A stretch of 32,000 bases of DNA from Geotalea daltonii FRC-32 (GTDB lineage Bacteria; Desulfobacterota; Desulfuromonadia; Geobacterales; Geobacteraceae): NCBI RefSeq assembly GCF_000022265.1, contig NC_011979.1:1860001-1892000 (forward strand). Direction: 5' to 3'. The translations under genes were made by a program, and so were the position numbers. Shown piece after piece: positions 8,418-16,281 of the stretch. The first letter of the stretch is position 1; every line of letters starts with the position of its first letter. Under the pieces are notes generated by a model. That model was not told the DNA's origin and ran no database searches. It worked only from the letters and a program-made list of their open reading frames with translations.

Positions 8418-8454
8418 GATGATGGGCAACCGGTGCCAACCGGATGACAAACGA

Positions 8455-8494
8455 AAAGCCGCGGATCGGAGGGTTGTGATCCGCGGCTTTTTTA
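8455..8494 (+). terminator. Rho-independent terminator
   Basis: GCCGCGGATC (8458-8467) / GATCCGCGGC (8478-8487) with a 10-nt loop, followed by T6 at 8488-8493. Confidence 0.85.
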
Positions 8495-8737
8495 GTTTTT
8501 CACCTGTTTCTTCGGCAGCCCGGCTATCTGTTAGTTAATAACAGATCCGTATGCTTTGTGTCACTGGAATTTCTTCCAGATTACCCTTTCGGAAACAGGC
8601 TGATATAACTATAACGCAGCTTAGGGTCATGTAAAGATATTTTTGTGAAATTAATTTAATATTACTCCTCCTTCTGCCCACCAGGTGATGCTCCTCACTC
8701 AACAATAAAAATCCCTGGGTTAGAGTTAGATATAAAA

Positions 8738-9097
8738 ATGGAAAAACTGAAAGGAGTATCACCGTTGATACGCTCTCTTTACGCCTTGAATGGCATCGTC
8801 GCCGTATTGCTTTATTTGCCGCAGATCAGGACTATTCTCAGGAACAAGGAAGAAGTGGGATCTTTTTCGCTGATAACCTTCGGCGGTTGGTCTGTCGGCT
8901 CGATCATCACCGCCCTTTATGCCTGGACCTTAATCGGGGATCCCATGTTTGCGGCAGTCAGTCTGGCGAACATGCTCGGCTCCGGCACCGTTTTCACCCT
9001 TGTTGCGGGCAGGCGCCTGAAAAACCGCCACCTGCCCGCGCTAACGACAAGGCACGAAACGGATGACGCTGATAGTCTCGCCGAGAACTTCGGCTAA
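8738..9097 (+). CDS. PQ-loop / SemiSWEET-like small three-helix membrane protein
   Basis: There are three hydrophobic helices. A Pro-Gln motif follows helix 1 (LLYLPQIRTILRNK) and then ..WSVGSIITALYAWTLIGDPMF.., as in PQ-loop/SemiSWEET proteins. The start is ambiguous: ATG 8738 lacks an SD, whereas TTG 8765 has AAAGGAG (8749-8755) 9 nt upstream. The last 57 nt overlap the convergent 9041..12460 gene. Confidence 0.45.
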   Translation: MEKLKGVSPLIRSLYALNGIVAVLLYLPQIRTILRNKEEVGSFSLITFGGWSVGSIITALYAWTLIGDPMFAAVSLANMLGSGTVFTLVAGRRLKNRHLPALTTRHETDDADSLAENFG

Positions 9098-12000
9098 AGA
9101 GCGAAGGACATACTCGATCTCTTCCTCGGTATTGTCGTTCCCCAGGGAGAAGCGGACCGAGCAGTGAGCCTGCTGGGGGGTAAGCCCCATGGCGGTCAGG
9201 ACGTGGGATGGGTCCGGATTTCCCGATTTGCAGGCAGATCCGGAGGAAAAGGCGATTCCCTTCCTGTCCATGAGGAGGACCAGCGATTCCCCCCGTATTT
9301 CCGGCAGGGTCATACTGAGGGTGTTGGGGAGCCGCCCGTTTGGTGGCCCGTTGCTTTTTGCCATCGGCAGCAGCGCCCTTATTCCTCTTTCCAGCTTTTC
9401 ACGAAGGGCAGCCAGCCGCTTGGGTCCCTCACCATTCAACCGGCAGAGAGCCAGCTCTACTGCCCGGCCAAAGCCGACAATTCCGGGCACATTCTCAGTG
9501 CCGGCACGCAGCCCCCATTCCTGTCCTCCCCCCTTGACCAGCGGGGCTAACCTCAGATCCTTCCGCACATAAAGCGCCCCGACCCCCTTTGGTCCATGGA
9601 GCTTGTGGGCGGATACCGAAAGCAGATCAATCCCCAATTCAGCCACATCGATGGCTATCTTGCCGAAAGCCTGCACCGCGTCGGTGTGAAAAAGGGCACC
9701 ACAGCCATGGGCAATCTCGGCCAACTCCCTCACCGGCTGGATGGCGCCGGTCTCATTATTGGCGAGCATGATGGACACCAGCAGTGTATCCGGTCGGATG
9801 GCAACGGCCAGAGCTGACGGTTCGACAACTCCGGCCCGGTTTACCGGCAGGATCGTCAGCTCGTATCCGAGTGTCGCCAATGCCCGGCAGGGGACCAGCA
9901 CTGCGGGATGCTCGATGCTGCTGGTGATGATGTGCCGGCGTTCCCCACCTGAAGCCGCTGCCAGACCTTGAATGGCGAGGTTATCCGCTTCTGACCCTCC
10001 ACCGGTAAAGACGATGCGCCGGGCGGTGCAGTTGAGCCCCTGGGCAACGACTCTGCGGGCAGCTTCTATGGCTGTCCTGGCCGCATTGCCAAAACTGTGG
10101 ATGCTTGAGGGATTGCCGCATTGCTCCCCCAGGAAGGGAAGCATTACCTCACGTACCTCAGGGGCAACATGGGTGGTGGCATTGTGGTCCAGGTAGACCG
10201 CCTGCCGGGATTCCCTTTGAACAGTGAGAGGCTCGTATGCCGGTATTTCTTCAGCCTTGTCTTCTGTTTCAATACCTTGATTCCTTTTAATAGATCGGCT
10301 GCCATCGGCCAGTTTCATTACCCGGCAGAGCAGGGTTTTATATATGGGGAAGCCGGAGATGGGGTCGAATCGGCCGATGTCCGTAAGTTCGTTGACGTTG
10401 CATTGCTGCCATTCTGCCGGTCCCAGCGGACCGCCTCCCCCCATGGCGGCGTCAATGGTGCCGCGCATCATGTGGTCGGAAAGCCTTGCCGTAAACAGAG
10501 CGCGGCCACGGGGCGTTTCCACCCAGACCTGTTCACCTTCCCCTATGCCCGATTCCATTGCTTCCCCTCTGTTCATCATCACCGGCGGACTGTCATGATG
10601 TTCGGCAAGTGACCGGACCCCATGGTGCTGGCTGCGGAAATCGAATCTGGTCCTGCCACCGGAGTTGAAAACCAGGGGATATTCCCGTGCCAGCTCCGGG
10701 GCGGCCAGCGGCCCTTCTGCAGGCTCGGTATAGACCGGCAGAGGATCATACCCATGCTCGGCCAGGATTGAGGAGGCAATCTCGAACTTGCCGCTGGGGG
10801 TGTTGAAGCCGGGGCGGCCGTCGGCCCGAAGCAGCCCCTTTTCCCACTTCCGGTACTGCATCATGGCTGTCGGCAATCGCACTTCTCCCCCGGCTTTCCT
10901 TACCTCATCCAAAGAAAAGCCGCTGCCGTCCAGGGCATGGCGCAGGAGTTCCTCTTCCGATCTTGGATAAAGGTGCCCGTAGCCCAGGCGCCCGGCCAGT
11001 TCTGCCAGGATGAGGAAATCATTGCGCGCCTCCCCCTGCGGCTCCACAAGGCGTTCACGGATCTTGAACATCGGGCCGAAACGCATGTATGAAGTGATCT
11101 CGTAGTAGGTGGCAGCGGGCAGGACGATGTCCGCATAGGCGGAGTCGGCAGTGTGGTAGCGGTTAATGCTGACCATGAAATCCAGGGCATCCAGGGTCTT
11201 GCGCCATATTTGCGGTTGCGGCCAGGCGGTGATGATCGACCCGCCGAGGACGGTCAGGGCGCGGATCGGGTATGGTTTGTCATGCAGGACCGCATCGGGA
11301 AGGGCAATGGCGTGGGATTCACCACGATATGCGCTATAGACCGGGAAGCGGTCCCGCCCCAGAGCCTTCTTCATATCTGGATTGGGGATGAGGCGTGAGC
11401 GATTCTGGGGAAAGATATTTTCCTTCATGCGGAAGACCAGTCCTCCCGGCACGTCCAGTTGACCGGCCAGAGCCCACAACGTAAAGACGCCGCGGATGGC
11501 CTGGACGCCGCTGTCGGAATATTCCAGCCCGGTGTACATGACCGGCACGGAACCCCGAGCTGCCACCACTTCCCGTGCCAGCTCACGCACCGTTTCTGCC
11601 GGTACCCCGGTTATGCTTTCCACCACCTCCGGCCGGTAGTGCTGGACCAGCTGCTTCAATTCCTCGAATCCCACCGTCCAGTTGGCGGCGAATTTTTCGT
11701 CATAAAGCTCTTCCTCAACCAGTACGGCAATCATCCCCAGGGCCAGCGCTCCATCGGTACCGGACCGGATGGGGACCCACCTGGCGCCGGTCTCACGGGC
11801 GGTCTCACCCAGGCGCGGGTCAATGGCGATGATCCGTGCGCCACGCTCCCGCGCCTTCAGGATCTGCAGGTGATTCAGCGGCGGCGAGTCGGTGGCGGGA
11901 TTGGCCCCCCAGATGACGATCAGCTCTGCCTGCTCGATGTCCGCCTCCATTGTCACCAGCATCTCCCCCATGGTCACATGGGGAGCGATCATGGCAAAGG

Positions 12001-12460
12001 AGACGTAGCAGAGGGCGCCGACACCAAGGGTGTTGGGGGACCCGAAGGGGAAAAGGACGCTGGAGGCGGAGGACACAGCCACATCAGCCGGCTGGAAGAC
12101 ATCGCACAGTGCCATGTCGAAGCTGCCCCGGCCGGTATAAAAGGCTACCGCTTCCGGTCCCGAACTATTTTTTATTTCCTGAAAACGGGAGACGATAGTA
12201 TTGAAGGCTTCATCCCAGGAAATCCGTTCAAATTGATAGGTTCCCTTGGGGCCAGTGCGGCGCAGGGGATGAAGAAGCCGGTCCGGATCGTGGACGATTT
12301 GGGGAGAATGCCGGCCGATATGGCAGATCATCCCCAGGGGGTGCCCATTATGGGGCTCTACCTTTAGTAACCGGCCTTCCCTGATGGTGGCCGTTATGAA
12401 ACAGCCGGCAGGACAGATGCCGCACAGGCCATGGCGGATTTCGATCCTGTCCTCCGTCAC
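9041..12460 (-). CDS. Metallopterin-dependent ergothioneine synthase (MES)-like bifunctional protein: an acetylene-hydratase-related Mo/W-bis-pyranopterin domain fused to a NifS/IscS-type cysteine desulfurase
   Basis: Single uninterrupted 1139-aa ORF. The N-terminal part has the MopB Fe-S motif C13-x2-C16-x3-C20...C46, ISWDEAF, IDPR, GTDGAL and LYDEKFAANWTVGFEELK, and continues with typical MopB domains to about aa 715. The C-terminal part (aa 755-1139, nt 9044-10198) has YLDHNATT, SSIEHPAV, the PLP-lysine motif SVSAHKLHGPKG and the catalytic loop SSGSAC. The GTG start overlaps the upstream gene's stop codon (TAGTG). Confidence 0.75.
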   Translation of the reverse strand: MTEDRIEIRHGLCGICPAGCFITATIREGRLLKVEPHNGHPLGMICHIGRHSPQIVHDPDRLLHPLRRTGPKGTYQFERISWDEAFNTIVSRFQEIKNSSGPEAVAFYTGRGSFDMALCDVFQPADVAVSSASSVLFPFGSPNTLGVGALCYVSFAMIAPHVTMGEMLVTMEADIEQAELIVIWGANPATDSPPLNHLQILKARERGARIIAIDPRLGETARETGARWVPIRSGTDGALALGMIAVLVEEELYDEKFAANWTVGFEELKQLVQHYRPEVVESITGVPAETVRELAREVVAARGSVPVMYTGLEYSDSGVQAIRGVFTLWALAGQLDVPGGLVFRMKENIFPQNRSRLIPNPDMKKALGRDRFPVYSAYRGESHAIALPDAVLHDKPYPIRALTVLGGSIITAWPQPQIWRKTLDALDFMVSINRYHTADSAYADIVLPAATYYEITSYMRFGPMFKIRERLVEPQGEARNDFLILAELAGRLGYGHLYPRSEEELLRHALDGSGFSLDEVRKAGGEVRLPTAMMQYRKWEKGLLRADGRPGFNTPSGKFEIASSILAEHGYDPLPVYTEPAEGPLAAPELAREYPLVFNSGGRTRFDFRSQHHGVRSLAEHHDSPPVMMNRGEAMESGIGEGEQVWVETPRGRALFTARLSDHMMRGTIDAAMGGGGPLGPAEWQQCNVNELTDIGRFDPISGFPIYKTLLCRVMKLADGSRSIKRNQGIETEDKAEEIPAYEPLTVQRESRQAVYLDHNATTHVAPEVREVMLPFLGEQCGNPSSIHSFGNAARTAIEAARRVVAQGLNCTARRIVFTGGGSEADNLAIQGLAAASGGERRHIITSSIEHPAVLVPCRALATLGYELTILPVNRAGVVEPSALAVAIRPDTLLVSIMLANNETGAIQPVRELAEIAHGCGALFHTDAVQAFGKIAIDVAELGIDLLSVSAHKLHGPKGVGALYVRKDLRLAPLVKGGGQEWGLRAGTENVPGIVGFGRAVELALCRLNGEGPKRLAALREKLERGIRALLPMAKSNGPPNGRLPNTLSMTLPEIRGESLVLLMDRKGIAFSSGSACKSGNPDPSHVLTAMGLTPQQAHCSVRFSLGNDNTEEEIEYVLRSLAEVLGETISVIRFVPCR

Positions 12461-13527
12461 TATGAAGTACCTCCGGAGACTGCCGGGGAGAAGCCGTTCC
12501 GGCGTAACAGGAGAAGGGCGAACCAGCTACGTTCGTCAGTAAAGATCTCCTCGGCGGTAAAGCCATAGCCCTCCAGGAAAGGGAGGAATGTCTCAAGACG
12601 GAATTTCCGGCTGATCTCAGTATTTATGGCTTCACCTTCGTCAATGATAACATGCTGCCCTAGTGGCGCGATGTGGATCGCCTGGCGTTGGCTGAAGCGG
12701 GCACAGATATCCACCTGCTCCTTTGCCTCGTTGTAAACCGCCACATGCTGGACGGCAGACGGGTCTATGGAACTTCCCAGTTCCCGGTTCATGCGGATGA
12801 AAAGATTCCGGGTGAATTCCTGGGTTACGCCGGCAGCATCGTTGTAGGCGGCTTCAATGGTCTGACGCTCCTTGACCAGGTCGATGCCCAGCAGGAAGAA
12901 GTCGTCCCGGCAAAGGGACAGGGCAAGGTCATGGAGAAACAGGGACATCTCTTCGCCGGCGAAGTTGCCGATGCTGCTGCCAAGGAAGAGCACAGTCACC
13001 GGCGATATCTCGCGCAAGAGGGGGAAGGCACCCCTGTAGTCGCTGTTTATGCCGAGGACTTGTGTTGCCGGATGGCTGGCGGTTATGTTGCGGGAAGCTT
13101 CTCGCAGGGCGGCCTCGCTCACGTCGATCGGGATATATCTCACCGACTGTGCCTGGGCAAGCCAGGCCCGCAGCAGATAGTCGGTCTTTGTCGAATTGCC
13201 CGAACCGAGCTCCGCAAGTGTTGTGGCGCCGCATATTTTCCTGATGAAGCGTGCTTTGGTTGCGAGAATTTCAGCTTCAGTGCGGGTCAGATAATATTCG
13301 GGTTGACGGGTGATAAGGTCGAACAGCTCGCTGCCGCGGGCATCATAGAGAAAACGGCATTGGAGCCTGCGGGGCATGGAGCTGAGGCCGGCGGCGGTGG
13401 CGGAGGCAAAATCGATCAGCTGATCGGCCTCCGTCGAGTGCTGTCGAATGATCAGGCCGGAACGGTTCAGTGCTTTGCGAAAAGACTTGCGGACCGGCCA
13501 GGGGGCCGACGGAAAAGTTGCTTGCAT
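12460..13527 (-). CDS. egtD: EgtD-type SAM-dependent L-histidine N-alpha-methyltransferase (hercynine synthase)
   Basis: Motifs: FLYDARGSELFDLITRQPEYYLTRTEAEIL, ELGSGNSTKTDYLL, LGSSIGNF and TEISRKF, all hallmark EgtD-family blocks. I place the start at ATG 13527 because SD AAGGGAG lies 5-6 nt upstream. The longer track ORF (to 13743) would run into the divergent gene at 13628. Confidence 0.8.
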   Translation of the reverse strand: MQATFPSAPWPVRKSFRKALNRSGLIIRQHSTEADQLIDFASATAAGLSSMPRRLQCRFLYDARGSELFDLITRQPEYYLTRTEAEILATKARFIRKICGATTLAELGSGNSTKTDYLLRAWLAQAQSVRYIPIDVSEAALREASRNITASHPATQVLGINSDYRGAFPLLREISPVTVLFLGSSIGNFAGEEMSLFLHDLALSLCRDDFFLLGIDLVKERQTIEAAYNDAAGVTQEFTRNLFIRMNRELGSSIDPSAVQHVAVYNEAKEQVDICARFSQRQAIHIAPLGQHVIIDEGEAINTEISRKFRLETFLPFLEGYGFTAEEIFTDERSWFALLLLRRNGFSPAVSGGTS

Positions 13528-13627
13528 ATGACTCCCTTTGGACAGCAGGGGCAAAATGGGCAATAATATTAAAAAGTATAAATAAAGTCGGGGGAGAGTC
13601 AAATCAGGCTGAAACTCTGGAGGTAAC

Positions 13628-14134
13628 ATGAAGGGTAACGACCTGTTGCGAAAGGAATTACTGGCCCTGCTGTCCGGTGGGGAAGCCCATATGGATTTTG
13701 CCGATGTTGTCGCCCGGTTCCCCATGGAGCACATTAACAGCAAGGCACCGCATACACCCTATTCCTGCTGGCATTTCGTCGAACACCTGCGCATTGCCCA
13801 GTGGGACATCCTGCAGTTCATGATCGATCCCGATCATGTGTCGCCGGACTATCCCGAAGGTTACCGTCCGGCTCCTGACAAAAAAGCCGATGAAAAGGAT
13901 TGGTATGTGAGTGTGGAGGGGGTACTCTCAGACCTGGAGAACCTGAAGGGGATAGTCAGTAACCCGGAGACCGACTTTTTTGCCCCCATCCCCCATGCCA
14001 AAAGCTACACAATATTTCGGGAGATACTGCTGGTGGCGGACCACAACGCCTACCACATAGGCGAGCTGGCCCTGCTGCGTCAGGTACTGGGGATATGGCC
14101 GAAGGGGTTCGAATACCTTACCGGCAGGGCCTGA
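13628..14134 (+). CDS. DinB-superfamily (DinB_2-like four-helix bundle) protein
   Basis: SD GGAGG precedes the ATG. His-containing blocks HFVEHLRIAQWDIL and ADHNAYHIGELALLR are typical of DinB/YfiT-like metal-binding proteins. 168 aa. Confidence 0.6.
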   Translation: MKGNDLLRKELLALLSGGEAHMDFADVVARFPMEHINSKAPHTPYSCWHFVEHLRIAQWDILQFMIDPDHVSPDYPEGYRPAPDKKADEKDWYVSVEGVLSDLENLKGIVSNPETDFFAPIPHAKSYTIFREILLVADHNAYHIGELALLRQVLGIWPKGFEYLTGRA

Positions 14135-14337
14135 GGCAGAGCCGTAGGTGGGAAATGTTGCCTGGAAGGGTGCCGCGATTTCGGCCGTCAGTTCGGCGCG
14201 TTTCAGCTGTCTTTGGGGCTGATCAAAACCATTCAGGTGCAAGGCGCCCGAAATCTGAGGCATGAGGCGTACCGGCAGGTACGTCGCAGTGCCGAATGGT
14301 GAGGGCAACGCCGCAGATGGATGGTTTTCATCAGCCC

Positions 14338-16266
14338 CTAGGGCGAAATGATGAATGGTGCCGACAGCGCCCATACATCGCCTGAGGTGGAAACCACCAT
14401 GATCCGGCAGCCGCTGCCGACTATGCCCAGGGTTTCCACTGGTGCCGAAAGGGTGAAGGTGCCGGTGGAAGCAGGAACCACCGTCGGCGTCAGCTTGACC
14501 CAGATGCTGCCGGGGAATGGATCGCCGGAAGAGAGGGGTGTGGCCAGTTTGCCCGGATCGTCAGCCAGCAGGAAGACCTCGACACCCGACGCAAAAAGAA
14601 GCGATCCGCCCCAGGTAACCGTGGGAGGCGCCGTGCCGAATTTCCAGATGGTGCCGCCTGCGGGGGCGGTGACCCCGGTGGGGTCCTGGAAGGTGGTCGT
14701 CATGAACGGTATGACCGAGGAAATCTGCATGGGGGATGGAGGACCGTAAAACAGCCAGGTGGTCTCGATCTCCCGCCGGTTGTCGAAATCCTCTGCGGCG
14801 ACGGTGAGGTTGCCGCCGATGGCAAGGACCGGCAAGGTGCTGCTGAAGGAGGCGCTGGTATCGCTTAGGAGCAGGTCCCTATCGAAGAAATACCCTGCTT
14901 TGCCGAGGGAGTCCCAACCGTAATAGTTGAGGTAGGTGTCGAACCAGCTCGCCTTGAAGGCGGTGGGCACGGCGACGCCGTAGGTCAGGGTGCCGCTGAT
15001 TCGTGCGTCGGCCAGATAATGGCCGTCGGTTGCCCCTGTGACCGGGGATATACCGGAAAGGGCTGGGAAATAGGCAGCTGTGACCTCGGAGCGCAGCCAT
15101 GGCCTTGCCGGCATGGTTACCGTCCTCGTTTCCACCACCACGTTGTTGCTGTCGTAAATACTGAAGGTATAGACGGAGTTCGGGGCTATGGAGCCCAGGG
15201 TGGCATCGTCAATGACATACATCTCCCACTGCTTGGTGGGCAGTTGAGGGGAGGCCCAGTAGGCGTTGCCGAGCCGCATCTGCTGCGGGTACATGGCGTC
15301 CTGGGCGAGAACTATGCCGCCGGTGGGGAGACCGGGTCCTTTAACGACAGCGGAAACGAGGCCGATGTTGTCCCGGTCTTCCACCCGGACCATGAACCCG
15401 GACTCTATCCGGACGCCTGTCGGCAGGCCCAGCCATTGGGCGGTAATTCCCCTCATCTCAACTGCCGACCGATAATTGTTGCCGGTGATCTTCCATTCCC
15501 CGTTTTCCTTGACCATGATGAAGCCGTCATCGGGGAAGCCGTAGGAGCCATCCTTGAAAAAGCCTTTACCGGTAACCTTGACCGGGCTGCCGACTGCGGC
15601 GGACAACGGTTTGGCTGAGGCGGTCAGGCTGACCATCCCTTTGGAGAGAATATCCCCGAATTTATAGTCCTTCACATCGAAATCAATGGCTGCCGCCCGT
15701 CCCAGACCGTCATGGATGCCGAAACTCGTTGCATAGAACCGATCCAGATCTGCAGCGGTCAGGGCGGTCCCCTTGGCCTCTATGGTATCCTTGAAGTACA
15801 GGTAAAGCTTGGCGGTTATGGCTTGATTGACGTCTTCCTGCATGGTGACCGGCACTGCCGTGTCGGTTCCGTTAAGATCGACGGTGGTGCTGCCGGTATA
15901 GGGGGTGTTATTGTAGTTATCCTGGGCAATCACCTTGAAGACACGGCCGCTGCCATTGGGAACGGCAAAGGAGTCGGATGCGGAAGTCTGCCCGGGGGCA
16001 ACGGTGATGACCCTGACGATGTCCGTCATGTCCGGTGCGGTGACGGTAATGGTTATCTTTTTGACGATGGAAGGAAGGATGCCTGTGCTGGTGGCTGCGG
16101 TGGTCATGCCGGCAAAGACCGTTTTTGATGTTACGCCCCCTTTTGCCGCAGCCTGGCCGAAACTTACCGTAACCTTGCTGGTTCCGGCAGTGCCACTCCC
16201 GGAACAGCCTGCACATGCCATCAATATGAAAAAGAGGAGGGTGGAAAAAATGAACCGGTTACCCAT
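14338..16266 (-). CDS. Large hypothetical lipoprotein (beta-rich; contains an NTF2/SnoaL-like segment)
   Basis: Lipoprotein signal MGNRFIFSTLLFFILMA|C, followed by GCSGSG. SD AGGGGG is present, and the gene starts 15 nt after the FecR-domain gene stop. It is Thr/Gly/Val-rich with Ig-like N-terminal repeats. The segment ..GFIMVKENGEWKITGNNY.. resembles NTF2-like folds. No enzyme motifs were recognised. Confidence 0.6.
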   Translation of the reverse strand: MGNRFIFSTLLFFILMACAGCSGSGTAGTSKVTVSFGQAAAKGGVTSKTVFAGMTTAATSTGILPSIVKKITITVTAPDMTDIVRVITVAPGQTSASDSFAVPNGSGRVFKVIAQDNYNNTPYTGSTTVDLNGTDTAVPVTMQEDVNQAITAKLYLYFKDTIEAKGTALTAADLDRFYATSFGIHDGLGRAAAIDFDVKDYKFGDILSKGMVSLTASAKPLSAAVGSPVKVTGKGFFKDGSYGFPDDGFIMVKENGEWKITGNNYRSAVEMRGITAQWLGLPTGVRIESGFMVRVEDRDNIGLVSAVVKGPGLPTGGIVLAQDAMYPQQMRLGNAYWASPQLPTKQWEMYVIDDATLGSIAPNSVYTFSIYDSNNVVVETRTVTMPARPWLRSEVTAAYFPALSGISPVTGATDGHYLADARISGTLTYGVAVPTAFKASWFDTYLNYYGWDSLGKAGYFFDRDLLLSDTSASFSSTLPVLAIGGNLTVAAEDFDNRREIETTWLFYGPPSPMQISSVIPFMTTTFQDPTGVTAPAGGTIWKFGTAPPTVTWGGSLLFASGVEVFLLADDPGKLATPLSSGDPFPGSIWVKLTPTVVPASTGTFTLSAPVETLGIVGSGCRIMVVSTSGDVWALSAPFIISP

Positions 16267-16281
16267 GGAAGCTACCCCCTG

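Noticed and set aside
7335-8450. 371-aa ORF antisense to the O-methyltransferase and mpg genes.
   Set aside because: It spans two plus-strand genes with unmistakable family motifs and has no recognisable domains itself.
8535-8762. 75-aa minus-strand ORF in the AT-rich leader, with a strong orphan SD (AAGGAGGAG, complement of 8666-8674) and a hydrophobic 31-aa internal ORF (ATG 8630) resembling a type-I toxin peptide.
   Set aside because: The SD is 35 nt from the ATG, and the nearer in-frame candidates are non-canonical (ATT). The GTG start at 8762 has no SD and overlaps the PQ-loop gene start. I interpret the pyrimidine boxes as plus-strand anti-SD elements instead.
11459-13566. 302-aa (11459..12367) and 297-aa (12673..13566) plus-strand ORFs opposite the MES and egtD genes.
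   Set aside because: The minus-strand products have complete, well-known catalytic motifs. The plus-strand translations are low-complexity (Gly/Arg/Pro/His) antisense shadows.
13528-13743. 72-codon N-terminal extension of the egtD ORF given in the track (start at 13743).
   Set aside because: It has no SD and would overlap the divergent DinB gene and its promoter region. The extension has no counterpart in EgtD proteins. The internal ATG at 13527 has a good SD.
14233-14331. 32-codon ORF (MKTIHLRRCPHHSALRRTCRYASCLRFRAPCT) starting 6 nt after the lipoprotein gene stop. It is basic and Cys/His-rich, and so could be a tiny zinc-binding peptide.
   Set aside because: An ORF of this size is expected by chance in GC-rich sequence, the SD is weak, and I have no comparative support. 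It is worth a ribosome-profiling or conservation check only.
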